From NCBI GenBank assembly GCA_051453625.1, contig JBOZIK010000001.1, positions 23,853,641 to 23,917,482 on the forward strand: a stretch of DNA of 63,842 nucleotides, in the 5' to 3' direction. Both the position numbers and the translations under genes were made by a program. The stretch comes from Welwitschia mirabilis. Its lineage: Eukaryota. This document shows, piece by piece, positions 12,291-27,350 of the stretch; position 1 is the first letter of the stretch, and each line of letters begins with the position of its first letter. The notes beneath the pieces are model-generated. The model saw only the letters and a program-made list of their open reading frames with translations. It did no database searches and was not told the DNA's origin.

Positions 12291-15200
12291 GTACTGTGCT
12301 AACTCTAGTACACTAATTATAATTTTAAGATTGTAATGAATTAGACCATAGGTTTTCTCAGTGATATAAAACTTTGAAAAAGTCCTTCTTGTGTCACTTA
12401 AAAGTCTACTTTAAAAATACATCCACTTTTGTTGTGAAATTTAAAGATCTTATTCATATAAGATCATCGATAGAATTAAGCTAGAATTAGAGATTTCAAT
12501 TTTCTAACACTCTCTAATGAATGTAACAAGTTCTTTCACTTTATTAGAATTTAAATAGGTATGCTTTGATACTATATTTGAGGTTAATGTAGAAGTAAAA
12601 TTTTTCCTTAAATAGCAAAACAAAAAGTAAAGAAATTAAAAATTTTAACGTATTCTAAATATTATTAAATAATTAATGATCAATAATATAATTAAGAATA
12701 AAACATTATTATAAATAGTTATTTTTAGGCAAGTGGTTCATGGACAAATTATCTACCTAAGTCTTGGACTTAGGCTTGTGTGACTTCAAGTGTTTTATCC
12801 TAATTTTTCTAATTCTAAAATGTTTCTTCTTTATTACCACTACTACTTTGTAAATGAATGTTCTTTATCTATATAATGTTTCACCAGGAAAAAAGATTTC
12901 CATATTTTAGTTTTTAAATGAAACATATTGTTTCATATCTCATTAAAAAATTAATAACTTCTCAGGTTAATTTGATTATCTTGATAACAATCCCTTTCAA
13001 GTTTAAACTGATTTTACTTAGAATTTATTTTGGAATTTTTGGATTCATCTTGAATTGCTTTTTCTTTTTCCCTTACTTTGTTTTTATCCATTTTATTTAT
13101 CATTGTTAAAATCATTTTATCATCAAGTTTGTTTTATAAATTAGTATGATAGCACAATTTAAAAACTTTATCACTTTGAGTTTTTCAAAGTACCCTATTT
13201 TGTAAGTTACTTGACTTAATGGCTTGTGATAACATAATAAAATACTAAATTTAGCATGCATCACATGATGTATTTTGAGCTTAAAAAGATATGATATTCT
13301 TGTGAGAATGCTTTGTAAAGAACATATGGACTTCAAAACTTTCTTATGTGCAAATTAAATTATTAAGCATTAAATTGTTTTTTAAATTTATTAAAAAGAA
13401 TATCACATACCTATGATTTTGCAATAATGTCTGATGATTTCTATTAGTGTGTAGATATGTCATGATGTGATTTGAATGTAATGGATATTTATTAATAGAT
13501 AATAATGTCTTAATAAAATTTAGTTTTAAGGATAACCCGTAACAAAACCAAAGGAGAAACTTATCATGGATCTATCGTCTATCAATAATGTGCATGATAA
13601 GAGGAATATCACCTATTAATAAGTCTTGATACATGATTTAGTTATAATTTTGTTACTCTCTAATAAGGAAAAACCTGTCATGAATAGTCACATACGAAAA
13701 GTTATAGTTGAGCAATGGATATTTCAACTACCTATGATATACTTTGGTAATGAATTGAGATTTAGCATGTGTTAGTGATGAGAAACAAAGCTTTTGATTT
13801 ATAAGTCAAGAAGATGATAAGAAGTCAAAGGATGAAGATAGTGTTAAATTAATTTTTATTATGAATTCTTTCCAACCATATTTGATGTAATACAATTTCT
13901 GCTGTAATTTGTCTACATATTTTTGTGGTAGTCCATTATAGATGTAATCTTTTTCATTTAAAAAAGAGGTTCAAACATTGTAATTAAATTAGCAAAATTC
14001 ATACAATTTTTCTTGTACTCCTATTTTTCTCTCTAACAAATATTAGTTTTAGTGCTTCTTGAATAGCATTGTAATTAAATTAAAGATTGGTTATTTAATT
14101 TCATTTCTTTCAATTTTTATTTTGTTTCACTTTATTTTCTTTATTATAGTTCAATATGAATGTAGGAATGATTACTTAAATGTACAAGTTAATTTTACTC
14201 AAATCTAAAGATTTTTATTTAGTATTTTTCATTTTTTTATTGGCTTTTTATGCAAATAACTAGTTCAATGGGTGATGTGATTTCTAGTTTAAATTACTAT
14301 ATTTTTTTTACTTTGTGACATGTGGTCATTCACATTTTAACTAGAGGATCAATTTACAATAAATTCCATTATACTCAAATGCATTATTGATAGGGTGATA
14401 GACTATTAGCATTGTCGAATTGATATCGTTCATCTTTCATTTTATATGCATATAAATATTAAATCCAAGTATTTTTCTTTTTACTTTTTCATAGTGAAGT
14501 TTATTTGAAATTTAAGTTATTTGATTTATTAATTAGAAAATAAAAGTAAATATATGTAATATATCAAGCCTAGTACTATTATCTTAAACCCACATAAAGC
14601 TTCTTAGGATATGATAAGAGTGGTCATGATTATCTGAGTTAGTTTCTCACTACTCATCAACTTTTGGTACTATTGCTGGAGAATAATTAGTGATTTAACA
14701 TATTAGAAATAGATTGAGTTACTTTTATAATTTTTCAATTCATTTTTCTTATTTATCCTTTATGCTTCCTCTTTAAAATTTAAGCCTATTCTTTTATGTA
14801 GTTTTTTTGTAGTTTATTTTAAAAATATTTATTTCGCATGTATTCCTTTCTTATTTATTTTTAAGTTTAAAGTTATTTTTAGTTATTTCATAGTTTAGTT
14901 TTGTTATTTAATGTTTTAAAGGTTTAAAATCAATAAAAGTATTCATACTTTCCTTTTTCTAAGGTATACTATGAAATAATATTAAACAACCAAGAAAGGT
15001 ATTAATTTGAGAAGAGTCTGAAAGCTGCTGGATGACAACACTTCATCATACATAAGTACCCTAAAACTTTTAAGTAAATCAATAAAGAAGTTAGGATTTT
15101 AAATTGAATAAAAAATAATTTATGTTTTTTAAAAATCATTGAAGTTAAGGGTACATTTTATTTTATAGAAAATAAAGAGTATATTTTACTTTATAGAGAA

Positions 15201-17671
15201 GAATTTAGGTTGCATTAGAAAAAAAATATTTTTTAAAAAATATTGTATATCTTAGAAGGAATTTGTGTTTTTCTTAAAAATATTTCATTTTCATTTTAAA
15301 AATATTGTGAGTGATAGATAACTATTCTACACAAATAATTTATTTGATTTCATTAAACTTAAAAGGATTGCACTTTGTTTCCTTGATTTCCTTTATAAAG
15401 AGTGAATTTCAAAATAATTTTAATTTTAAATTTAATAATTATGCATGCATGAATTTAGAAACATATTTTTTAAGTTATAGTTAATTATAGTTAATGAATC
15501 CTGATACATCATCTAAATTATACAAATGAGATAAAGGGAGAGGGAAGCTGGTGTAAAACCTACATGGACTAAGAATTCATCCTCTTATCAGTTATAACAT
15601 TCATTATCTAATGTTGAACTACATAAATAAATAACTATCCTCCAACAACCCCAACACATTGGTGAATAAGATACAAATAGAATACTTTAAATGAAGTAGT
15701 TGAAGGCACTAGTATTATAGAAAATCCTTTGTGTATGACCAATTCCAACCAACTAGCATTCCTACCTTATGCACTGGTAGGGACAAGAAAAGTTAAATGA
15801 AGTAAGTTTATGATTTAACATCATAGTGATAATAATAAGGAATACTAAAAATCATGTGATAACCTTGAATTCTACAAATTAATCAAATTTGAGGACTTAA
15901 CATAGTCTTAGCTAAGCAAGAAATAAAATACAAACTGTGTATTCTAATTGACAATAAATAATGACAATCTAGAAAGAGAGACTTAGATACATGATAGCAA
16001 ATATTAATGCCTTATTCAATCTAGGAAATAATAAAATTCATACCTCAAATACAACTTCATGTCATATATCTACACCTACATTACTACTAATAAGACTTAT
16101 TATAACTTCTATGAGTTCTATGTTATAAACAAATTGGAATTAATCTAGCCCTCAGGCATATTAGATATGATAACAATTAGTGCATCGCCGATAAAACCAT
16201 TACAATCCTTTATTGTTACTAACTATAACCCTATCTTCATAACACAACTACTTTCTATAAATCAAATTACTAAAGGATTTCATTGTAACCTTGTTTCACA
16301 ATGATGATAAATAATGATTCCATAAAACTTTCAATCAAATTAAACTAGAGTCCCTTAAGTAAATTCAATTTACTTTAGAAACCTTAGAGCATAAAATGTA
16401 AACAACATAGTTTAAACTATACAAACATTAAAGGATCTTAACTTCCAATGTGGAAAAATCTATGATAGACCCTTAGTGTTTCCATCAAGTCTAAATGTTG
16501 GAGTTCAAAATGTACAACTCAAACCCTCATTCAATGGTACTAATTAAGAATATCTGATGATTAATTTTATTAAATTTGAAAGCATGATGGGGATATTAGC
16601 ATCTAAAATTACTCATAAAACCAAAATGAATTCCTTTAGGGCTACTTTAAAGGATAAAGTTAAGTTTTAATTACAAATCCTATAAAATACAATTAGATCT
16701 TGAGATGAGTTTAAGAATAACTTTATAAGGAAGTTCCTTTTTGATAGTAAGTTATATACTCTAAGGAAGTAACTAATGAGTTTCCAACAAAAAGAAGGTA
16801 AATATTATGAGGAATCTTATGAGAGAATTTATAGATTATGCCATAAAACTCCCCCTTATGAGATTCCATCACATTAACTATTTTAGATATTCATTAAAGA
16901 ATTGGATAAGTATATGGAATTGCATGTATATTTGTGGCAAGAGGCAATATTTTTAATAAAACAAATAAGTAATCTTTTAGGATTTTGAAAAAATTAGTGG
17001 ATTAAAGTGAGAGGTGGCTAATAAAACTAATAAAACATGTATATATTGCATAAGAATAAGTGGCAATAGTAAAAAAGGTTGAAGATGTAATATGAACATA
17101 ATAATTACTAGTTTCAAATATAGCTTACATATAGGCTACTTTAACTTCTACATATTAATGTTCATGGTATAGTAATAAACTAGATTTTAGACTAGGTGGA
17201 TACCTGGTATCATTCTCTCCATGGAAATATATATGTGGTTATATTAACAAAATANNNNNNNNNNNNNNNNNNNNNNNNNNNNNNNNNNNNNNNNNNNNNN
17301 NNNNNNNNNNNNNNNNNNNNNNNNNNNNNNNNNNNNNNNNNNNNNNNNNNNNNNTATGTGGTAATATTAACAAAATAAACACAAAAAATCTAACTTACAA
17401 AATCAAACAAAACATAAAATCAATGTTTGAGAATCTGATGTAAACTGTAGTTGATAACGTAGGGGAAGAGATGTGCTTTAAAGGTATATCTTAATTCACC
17501 TAAAACTTCAAATTCACTCCAATTATTATTGTGATAAAACATAAACTCAGATCATCAAATCATTATGGCTTAAATAGGTTAAAAAATACTTTCTTTTCCT
17601 TAGAACTGTACTTGAGAGTTTCCTACCTCATACAACTCATCTATTGACTTTTTATGGTGGTTAATCAAAAG

Positions 17672-17877
17672 ACCATAAAAAGTCAATGACATAAGTTTTG
17701 AACTTTATTGTATTATTTATATTTTGATTTTTTATCCTACCCCCCAGTAAGACGAAGTCTTTGAAGCTTGTAGACCACCATAAAAAGTCAATGACATAAG
17801 TTTTGAACTTTATTGTTTATTTATATTTTGATTTTTTATCCTACCCCCTCGTAAGATGAAGTCTTTAAAGCTTGTAG
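17672..17877. repeat. ~105-bp tandem duplication
   Basis: accataaaaagtcaatgacataag...agcttgtag occurs at 17672-17773 and 17777-17877 with few differences and no gap between. Confidence 0.9.
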
Positions 17878-19349
17878 CTACTGGATGACAAAAAATATTT
17901 TGAAATTGATTCACATTATCTAAAAAAGGTATGGTTAACAATCCAATAGAAACTTTTGAGAAATATATCTCAATCTAAATCTTTGTTTATTTTCAAATNN
18001 NNNNNNNNNNNNNNNNNNNNNNNNNNNNNNNNNNNNNNNNNNNNNNNNNNNNNNNNNNNNNNNNNNNNNNNNNNNNNNNNNNNNNNNNNNNNNNNNNNAG
18101 ACTTATCTGCTTCCACTAATAAGTCAAAGAAGAATCTATGTACATTCGATCAATTAATAAAAGAATCCAACTTTGTAATCAGAAGGCCCCCCCATAATAG
18201 AAAAGAAGCATTGGTTGTAAAAGGTAAATTAGCAAGTCTTTGATGTTGAGGAAAAAAAAGAGGAGGAATCTAAATATAAGAAAGAGTAAGAGAAGAAAAA
18301 AGAGATCTTAAGTATATTTCTAATTATAAGAATATAAAAAGACCTCTCCCAATTTGAATCGAATTTGACCTACAAGAATCCTGTCTATGAAGGTTATCAA
18401 ATCACGAGATAGTCAGGGTTTATGTACTTATAATATTTAGCTGACATTTTTTAAAAACATCTAATGAATTGTAGGTTCAATTAATTTTGTTTAGTAAAAA
18501 AAAGGTCTTCCTTGATTTTATTATAAGATTGTCAAATCTAACCAAAACATATTTTCTAAAGCTAGAAAAACTCCTTTATTTTTAGGACCATCTCTTTCCA
18601 AAGGGATTTTACTGATAATTCCTAAGTTTAAATCAAACTTATGTGTAAACTGAAATTTTTCAGATACTGATCAAGGTTATTTTCTTTAAAATAAGATCTA
18701 TGGAAATTTTCCAAATTGACTATTTGGAATATTGTTAAATGCATTGTAAAAATCTCGTCGATCGAGGAAGTATCTCTCGTGTCATGAATAAATATCCAAA
18801 TGCTCTTCAAATGGGGAAGAACCTAGATGTTATTTGTATTTCCCAGAAACCCCCACCTACATCTTCATTCAAAATTTCTTGGCCTACTATAGGCCAAACT
18901 ACCTGAGCACTAGGTTTTATATGAGTGGGATCGACCAGCCATGTTTATAATTGGAGAAACGAGCTCCATGAAAATACATCCCACTAAGCCAAGTAAATAT
19001 AATTACTAATTAACCAAAATGAGCACTAAAAACTTTGTGAGAAATCTCTTTCAAATCCTTGATATGGCTATCAAAATTATGAGCATCCACATGCAAGTTC
19101 TAGATCCAAGTGGTAGTTTTTGGATCTATTTTTGATAGTGTTTTTGAAAAATGTTCGAGATTGGCTAATTTTTTAAAAAAAGTTTTTATAAGATCCCTCT
19201 CTACCACAATCTTCATTTCTGATTCTAGTGAATTTATAATCATGGAATTCTCCTCATTCATGACCAAAAAAAAAAAAAGAGAATAAACCTGCTAACAGGA
19301 TAGTGAACTTTTGAGAAATATATCTCAATCTAAATCTTTGTTTATTTTC

Positions 19350-22300
19350 AAATTTATAACTAAATCTTCCCACTAACATAATCTCATTCACCACATGAGT
19401 TTTAGTGAATGAGATTGTCACTTGATCCTTTATAGTCCTTCATGAACATAGAAAGTAAGAACACTTATACTTAAGATCTATAACATGATAGTGACTATAA
19501 ACCAAAATTTAAGCTTAGATAACTCACTTAGTTCTAATAATCTTGATGATGTAGTCTTACTTAAGGATTCATAGTATCATGTAAACATGCACTAAAAATA
19601 AAAGAATAAACAACTACTTAAATGATCAAGAACTAGTCTTACTTAAAGATTGATAGTACTAGATTCATGTGCACTAACAATAAAAGAATGAATAACTAAT
19701 ATTATATGAAAATTAAAAAGATACATTACATCATCGAAAGAAGGTAAAGTAAATAGACTTATCAACTAGCCTTGGAACAAATTCATCCCTGAGGGAGGTG
19801 CTTAGAATGCCATGAATCTTAATGCTCCAATTCTCCCCACCACATTTTTGCTAATCCAAGATTTCTTATAATGAGGGCTCAAGGCCCTTTTGTAGACGAG
19901 TGAAGTCTTGACAAACTTTTTAAAAGTGTGGTTGATAGTCATTACATGAGGAGGATTACATTTTTTGGGCAAGTACATTAGGAGGAGGTTATAATCATTT
20001 TGACATATAGCCGAAATGGAGGATTCTTTATCTTCTAATGTAAGAAAGTTATGACATGTCCTTGACTAATGATGTAGCTACCAATGGATGCCATGTCATA
20101 TGTCTTACATGTAATTATCCTTGTTGTTATCACATGTCACTATGATATGTCATTTTCCACCTTCACCATGTGTCATTAAAGTTGAATATTTATTCTGATT
20201 TAACATCCAACTAAGACCATAAGTGAAATGTGATGAACTTTTTAAAAAGATGCAAGAATGTAAGATTTGATAGATTCCACCTTAGAATTTGAATGGCACT
20301 AGTGACCTAGACAATGACACTGGCATTTTGTGTTAAAATTTGTTCAGCTTGTAGAATGTATTCCAGAAGGAAACAATAAACCTCAAAATATTATGAAAAA
20401 TTTCATACATGATAAAAAGGGTAGAAGACATCATTTTATGATAAAATGATGATTTTAATATCTTTGACTATGAAAAATTGATGAAATATACTTCCTTAGA
20501 ATGTCAATTTTTGCATGTAAACACATCCTCTAACTAAATGTTTGCCAGTTTCTTAGCATAAAGTTGATAAAGAAATGATTAAAATGAAAAAATTATCTAA
20601 GTAATATGTTTAAGTATGAAAATGATGCAACATTTTTGAAAATTTTTTATCAATTTTTAACAAATAAGCTATTAGACTTAGAGAAATTTCATGAAGAATA
20701 GATGCCATATCCCCTAACCAAGACTTAACTTTATTCTAAAAGTTAAAGAGAGAAGAATTTAATACAAAGATTTTTTAGAAAAAGTCAAAGTGTTTAAAAA
20801 TAAAATTTTACATTATATGGATTTTAATATAATAGGTTATAAAATTATTTTGATGTAAGTACTTAAGAAAAACTATAATTTCAAAAACTTAAAAGTAACA
20901 TGCAAAAGACACTTGAAAATGTTTGAAAACACTATAATACAATGCACGAGAAAATTCAAAAAGTGATATACTCTTAGAAATAATGATAAATAACTTGCTT
21001 AGCAAATTAGGATTATTATGAAGGTGAGGGAAATGGGGTTAAAGTTGAAAATGAAATGTGATGATTGAAAATGGATTATGTTATATTTCTAAACAATTTT
21101 ATTAATGACTGAAAATTTGAAAATATTATAAATAAGATCAGTGACATTGCAGAAGAGTTTTGGAGGTGAAAACTGAAAAATGAATGATAACGTTAGTTAG
21201 CAGTCATGATGNNNNNNNNNNTTTTGGGATTCTGTAAATGAAAGTTTATGAAATGGTTTATCAGTGGGAATGGTAATTTTTGGTGTTATAGGCTAAATTA
21301 AATGGTGAATGAATAGGGTAGAAATGAAATAAAAATTTGTGCTACATGATGAAAAATCATCATGACTAAAGCTTTCATTTGCAATGCATGGGAATGAAAA
21401 CTAAAACTAATCTAAACAGCTATAAGTATAAAAGACAAAAATGCCTAGGATAATGGCTACTTTATTAACATTTGTGTGAGTTTTATGTTTATTTAAATGG
21501 CTCACAATGCTAAATAAACAAAATATCCTCTAATTAAATATGTGAAAATAAAAAATTAGTTCAATAAATTTTTAATTACTTGAGTTAAGAAAAGAAATCA
21601 CATAATTATTTTCAAATCCCACTTGTTATTTCTAAATTTTACCTTTTTTATAATCATATATATTTCTTATTTTAAGCATTTAGATCAAATCAAGCCTCTA
21701 GTATTATGACGTATTCTTCTAATATAATCAAGCATATTTTTTTATGAAGAAGTCAATGATGTATTTTTAGCAAGTATCTATATCCTTGATGCAATTTACC
21801 ATGTCATAAATAGATCATTAGAGCTACATTGTCAATGAGTATTCATAGCCCTGATGTGGTTAGCTAATCCCAATTTTTAATTAATCAATAATATAGTGTG
21901 CCTTTATAGAAGAGGAGGTATTTTATTTTCTTTTGTTTACTCCTCCTCATATTTAATATTCTTTTACACATGTGAAAGGGATTATTGGTTCATTAGCCTA
22001 ATTGAGAAAAATCTTGTTCCCATAAAACACTTAAAACATGAAATATAATATGAAGTTAGATTTCTTCCTTTTTCAATCACATTTTTTCAAATATGAAAAC
22101 CCCAAGTGAAACTAACCTTAACAAGATAACTCAAAAATAAGAAAAACCTTTTATTGAAAAGTCTAATTAAACTTGAATTATACCTAATTCATAATGTTAA
22201 GATGATCACTTATTAATGATTTATTTGTTATAGACCATCAACTAGGGTTATTAAGTCTTAATAATTCATAGATGAATGGGAGGGGAGGATGGTTGGTAAG

Positions 22301-22640
22301 CTTTATTAGTTAATGCCAAACTAAAAGGGATGGATGATGAGATTTAAGGTGATGATGACTTATTCTATGCTATGAGTAAAATTTGGGATTTCCTAAATGA
22401 AAGGGTTTAAGGTGATGATTGCATAGGTGGTAGTGCTTAGATGGTTTTACACAAGAGAGTCTATCAAGAAAAAGTGTTTTTAAATTTTTTTTAATTTTTC
22501 TAACTTAAATCTAATTTTAAAGAAAAATATGTTATAAATAAAAAATTTAAAATTAAAGCATGCAATGAAACTAAAAATTTCAAAAGGAATCCTTCAAGAA
22601 AGTGCATGAATGAAGGCTCAAGATGGTAATGACCACAAAG
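19350..22640 (-). mobile_element. Athila-like 3' noncoding region plus 3' LTR (family X; LTR begins at 20523 reading downward)
   Basis: Minus strand tgctaagaaactggcaaacatttagttagaggatg-TGTTTACATGC: PPT-like tract, then an LTR start shared with 41000 and 1368. cataatctcattcaccacatgag near 19380 matches ~343. Confidence 0.55.
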
Positions 22641-22879
22641 GCTAGATGATGGATCAAAGTTATACAACAAAGGATGGGTCATTAAGTGACATCAATAAGA
22701 AGAACAATGAATTACAACCATTGTTTCTTAAATAACCACATCATAAGAAATCCCCTAATAATCTTAATAAAGTGGAGAATATTAGCAAAGAGCCTATACA
22801 TAATCTATCATATGAAGAAACTTTTTTTGTTTTCAATAACATCATACTTTAACCATTTTATCTTTACCTTTATCGGCTA

Positions 22880-24105
22880 AGAAACATCTAAGCCTTAATG
22901 AAGAATACAAACCTTATTTATAATTGGAACCATCCTTTAAAGATCTTACACATGATTCTTCGAATGAATATTTACTTTATCAAGTGATTTCCAATTCATC
23001 TTTGTCTTCCTATCAAAATGATGTCTTGCATGAGTTGTTAAATAAACATATACAAGCTAAAGGATGGATTATTTTTAATTTTAAATGCATAAACCTTTCT
23101 ACTTATAATAATGTTCTTTCTAATTTCAAGGATTTTCATACAAATATATATAAAGATTCTCTTCTAGTTTAAAACGATTCACAAAATTTCAAATCATTCA
23201 ATCTTTGCCTCCACATCTTTTAGCTACTTTCCATGTACTACCTTGGAAAATCCCTTTCAAAAGTTTTATTTTAATTACATGCTTTTAGATTAGATTTTAA
23301 ATTAAATTTTTATTTTAGATTAAACTTGGAATAAAATAATACAAAAACTTTAAAAATACTTTTACTTAATGGTCTCTCTCACTTGAAACCATCTAAGCAT
23401 TACCACCCATACAATCACCACCTTAAACCCTTTCACTTATGAAATTCCAATTTCATCCCTAGCATAAAGTAAGCCATTATTACCTTAAACATTATCATCC
23501 ACCCTAGCATTTTCTTATGAATCCATAAGACTTACAAATCCATGCTAATGGCATTTAACAAAAATCAATAATAAGTGATCTCACTCTTAGTTCAAGTAAT
23601 GGTTATGGCTAAGTAGACTTATGGATTTTTAAATAAAAGTTATTACTATTTTTAGTATAATTGCTAGATTTATGTTCACTTAAGATATTTGATTTTGGTA
23701 AATATGAATGAAAAAGATGAAATATACCTTCAAATTATGTTCCTTATATTTAAAGCATTTGATGGGGATAAGATTTTTCTTGATTAAGCTAATAATATAA
23801 TGATCCCTTAATGTTTATAAGAGAATTAATATGAGAAGAAGAATGAAAACAAAAATATAATATATCTCTTTTGTAAAAGAACATTTTATTATTTGCTTAG
23901 TTGAATTTTGTTAATTGCATTAGGGCAATGGACATTTGCTAGTAATACATCTTTAATGATCTACTTATGACATAATTAACTACATTAGGGTTATAGATGC
24001 TCACTACTAATGTAGCAGTGATTTCATTATAAAATAACATGCTTAATTTTGAAGTTCTAACATTGGATGCTCAATGAGATTCAAAATGCTTAAGACAAAG
24101 AACAT
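22880..24105 (+). mobile_element. Second copy of the same retroelement 3' region, opposite orientation; appears to resume at ~26670
   Basis: Reverse-complement similarity to 21660-22640; direct similarity to ~58000-58640 (aaaatgatgtcttgcatgagttgtt). Confidence 0.6.
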
Positions 24106-26529
24106 TGCCACGTTCAGGTTTTTGAAGGATTAAGGATTTAGCCCAAATAGTTAAATAAATAGTAAATAGTTTTTATCTAGTGGAACCCGTTAAGATAATT
24201 TAATTACTAAATTTTTTAATTATTATTCATTTATTAGCATAATATTATTAATTGAGATGTAATTCTTTACTTTATTAGTGGGAACTTATGCTACAATTAT
24301 TATTTTAAATACTTTCTTTTCTTGTAACTACTATAATTAATGATATTATGTATGTAGGTTTTTTTGTTTATTTAATGATATTTACTTAGTGGTTAAATTA
24401 GTGGTTATAAAAATATTATTTTATTTTCTTTTGTAACTATTGCATTTAATGCACTATGATTAGTCTCTTTCTTTATTTTAATGCATACTAAATTTCTTGT
24501 AACATATATAATTATTAAGATGCATTATGCTATCTTATTTTAATATTTTATCTTAGTACTGCATACTAAAGTAACACCCATTATTATGATATCACATTTT
24601 CTTTCTGGTTAACATGTATTCATATGAGAAATATTGATATGTGGCAAAATCTTGTCTTGATGTTTTTTCATTAAAATTACTTGCTAAATGTCTCATTTTG
24701 ATTCTTTATTTTAATGATTATAAGTAATGACATGTTTGTAGAATTTTGGCATTTTCTTTTTAAGGGCTTATTTAAGTAAATACTAATGATTCTTTATTTA
24801 CTCAAAAAATAATAAGGTGGCATGTGACTAAGTTTCATATTCTTTAAATTTATTTTGAGAAATGTTAATAACTTATTGATTTTTATAACTTATGTATTAA
24901 CGATGTAGGTATTTTTTTCATAATTGATAATTACTTATTATTCATAAAAGATTTTTGGCATGATGAGAATTTACTATTGTTATGATGAAATATTGAATGT
25001 ACTCTGTGGTTAGGTAAAGTAGTAATTAGGGGTTAGGAAATCAACATTTTTCAAGAATAGTATTGATTTGTATATGTCCTTTGAAATTCCCAATACTTTT
25101 TGAATTCTTTCATCTCCTTATAAATAGGGTCTATTTTATCCTTAGACTTATTCTTTTAAAGATCTTCTAGTCTTGAAATATTAGAGACTTTCTACCTTAA
25201 AGCCTTTGAAACTTAAACATAGAAATCTTAAAGCTTGGAAAAACTCACATTGAATCATGGATATGGTCTCAAGTTTATCTTTATTTCTTGTATTATCCTA
25301 GGTTTCTCTTTATTTCTTATATGATTTTATATTCTTGCATCCTTCATGGTCTAAAGTAGTTTTTATTTCTTAATAAATCTATTATTTTTTAGAATTCTTG
25401 TAAAACATTAAAGTATCTTACTCATCTATTGATTTAGGAAATTAGTATGAATGCATTTTTATAATATTAAAATATTAAAGTAGGAAAATGATGCCTTGTT
25501 AGGAAACCTTGTGGAGTATTTTGATATTACAAATATTACGAATAATGTCTTTAATCATGAATCTTATTACTTCTTGTGATGTTTTTCAATCCTTTAAATC
25601 TTTATAAAAATTCTAATTTCAGCAATTGCCAAGTGAAGCAGTGGAATATGAAAAACCCACATATGGTTAAGTGAGACGGTGGAATTTATAAATGCATAAA
25701 TTACCAAGTAAGGCAGTGGAATTCATAAATCCACAGATCATCAAGTGAGGCAATGGAATATGAAAAACCCATAGATAACTAAGTAAGGCACTAAAATATG
25801 AGAAGCCTATAGATCACTAAGAGGGATAGTGCAATTGATAGATCCATATACCTCTAGGTGAGGTGGTGGAAGAAAGAAAAATAAATTCATAGACTACTAA
25901 CTAAGGCAATGCAAGGAAAATTAAAAACTATTTATTCTTATTTCTTTTTCATAAATCCATCACTTAAAAATTTGAAGACCTTACTATTATTATATCTTAA
26001 TCTATCTTATGTTTTGAGATTCTTCATACCTTTATCTTTGCCTTGCCTAGGCCATACTGGGAACTATGATAATTCATGGTTTTTATTCCACACTATTTTG
26101 TGTTAAACAAGTGACAAACCAAAGCATAATAAAAAGTAATTTATCTTTCTAAGAAAGGCATTAAAAATAAAATACTTATTATCTAGCATGTTCTTGAAAA
26201 TTGTTAATTGAAGTGATTATTTCCTATTGTAACTTGTGATCTTATTATATCTTATAATTGATATTTTCCCCTAAAAAATTAGTAGTTATGTATCTATAAT
26301 ATACTTGTAAACATTGTATCTTTAAGATATTAAATTAATCTATTTCTTAAACCTATAGTTTTTTAAATTAAAAAGGTCTTATTATTATAGCTTTAGTTAA
26401 ATATTTATTTTAATAAATTTATTTAGCATGTAATGTTTTCTATCATAAAATGTCCCTTTCTTATAGTACCTGATCTTTAGGTGTTCATTATTCTATTTGA
26501 ACATTTTAGCTAAAAGTATGAACTTTACA
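24106..26529 (+). mobile_element. ~2.4-kb LTR (Tekay-like gypsy), followed by PBS
   Basis: Starts TGCCACGTTC, similar to the minus-strand LTR start TGTCATGTTC at 33610. Ends TACA, followed by TGGTATCAGAGC. Shares an internal 37-38-bp array with the minus copy. Confidence 0.65.
25631..25915 (+). repeat. Degenerate 37-38-bp tandem array (about 7-8 units) inside the LTR
   Basis: Recurring aagtgaggcagtggaat...ccatagatcact unit; reverse-complement version at ~32290-32450. Confidence 0.85.
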
Positions 26530-26532
26530 TTT

Positions 26533-26544
26533 TGGTATCAGAGC
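26533..26544 (+). promoter_or_regulatory. Primer-binding site, tRNA-iMet
   Basis: Exact TGGTATCAGAGC 3 nt after a CA end. Confidence 0.85.
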
Positions 26545-27350
26545 ATAATTTTTATTTTATCATGATAATCTATAATTAAAACATAGTCTTGGTGGTATAT
26601 GTTAAGTCACATTTTAATAAAAGAGTAATATTTAAGTTTGGGTTATAAAAATATGGATTTCACAGACCCATATGATGGTATAAAAGAAAAATAATAGAAA
26701 GAAAAAGTGGAAATTAAAGGCCTTTTGAGTTTTCTTTTCTCTAACTTTTATACTTAATATTCACTACTAATTCTTAAATTTTCATAATATATTTGGTGAA
26801 TATTATGTTTATTTGATATCAATATCCAATAAAAAACATAAAAATATAAGAAGTTCATTGACTTAGGTAGGTTGTCTCTTTAATTCATAGGTTACATGAT
26901 TGAGTTTTTTTAAATATTATCATTTTCCATTCTCACTATCCATCCTAATTCATCCCCATTTCATGAGAAATAACATCTTAAGGCATAACTATTGTAATGA
27001 ATCGATCTTTTACTTAGTATTTTTAGGAAGAAATAAAATGTGATCATTAGATAGTTTTTCTTTTTTCTACATTATAGTTCAGTTACATTAATTTGAATCT
27101 TTTTCTCTTAATTAAAGGGAAATTCAAGATAAAAATTTTCTATGGATATGTTCTTGAAATTATATTAATACTCTTTATAATAAAACTTTAAGGACAAATT
27201 CCAACTTTGATTGGGGAAAAGAACTTCACATGGCATTTGCATTTTTTAAGAAATATTTTTAATTTTAAATTTATTATTTTTAAAAATTGATCATAAAATT
27301 TTCAAAAAAATATATCACCTTTGAGTACTTTTATTTAGACAAATTTTCCA

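Noticed and set aside
25631..25915. CRISPR-like periodic array
   Set aside because: Whole units are homologous (no unique spacers), there are no cas genes, and it lies inside a plant LTR with a second copy in another LTR.
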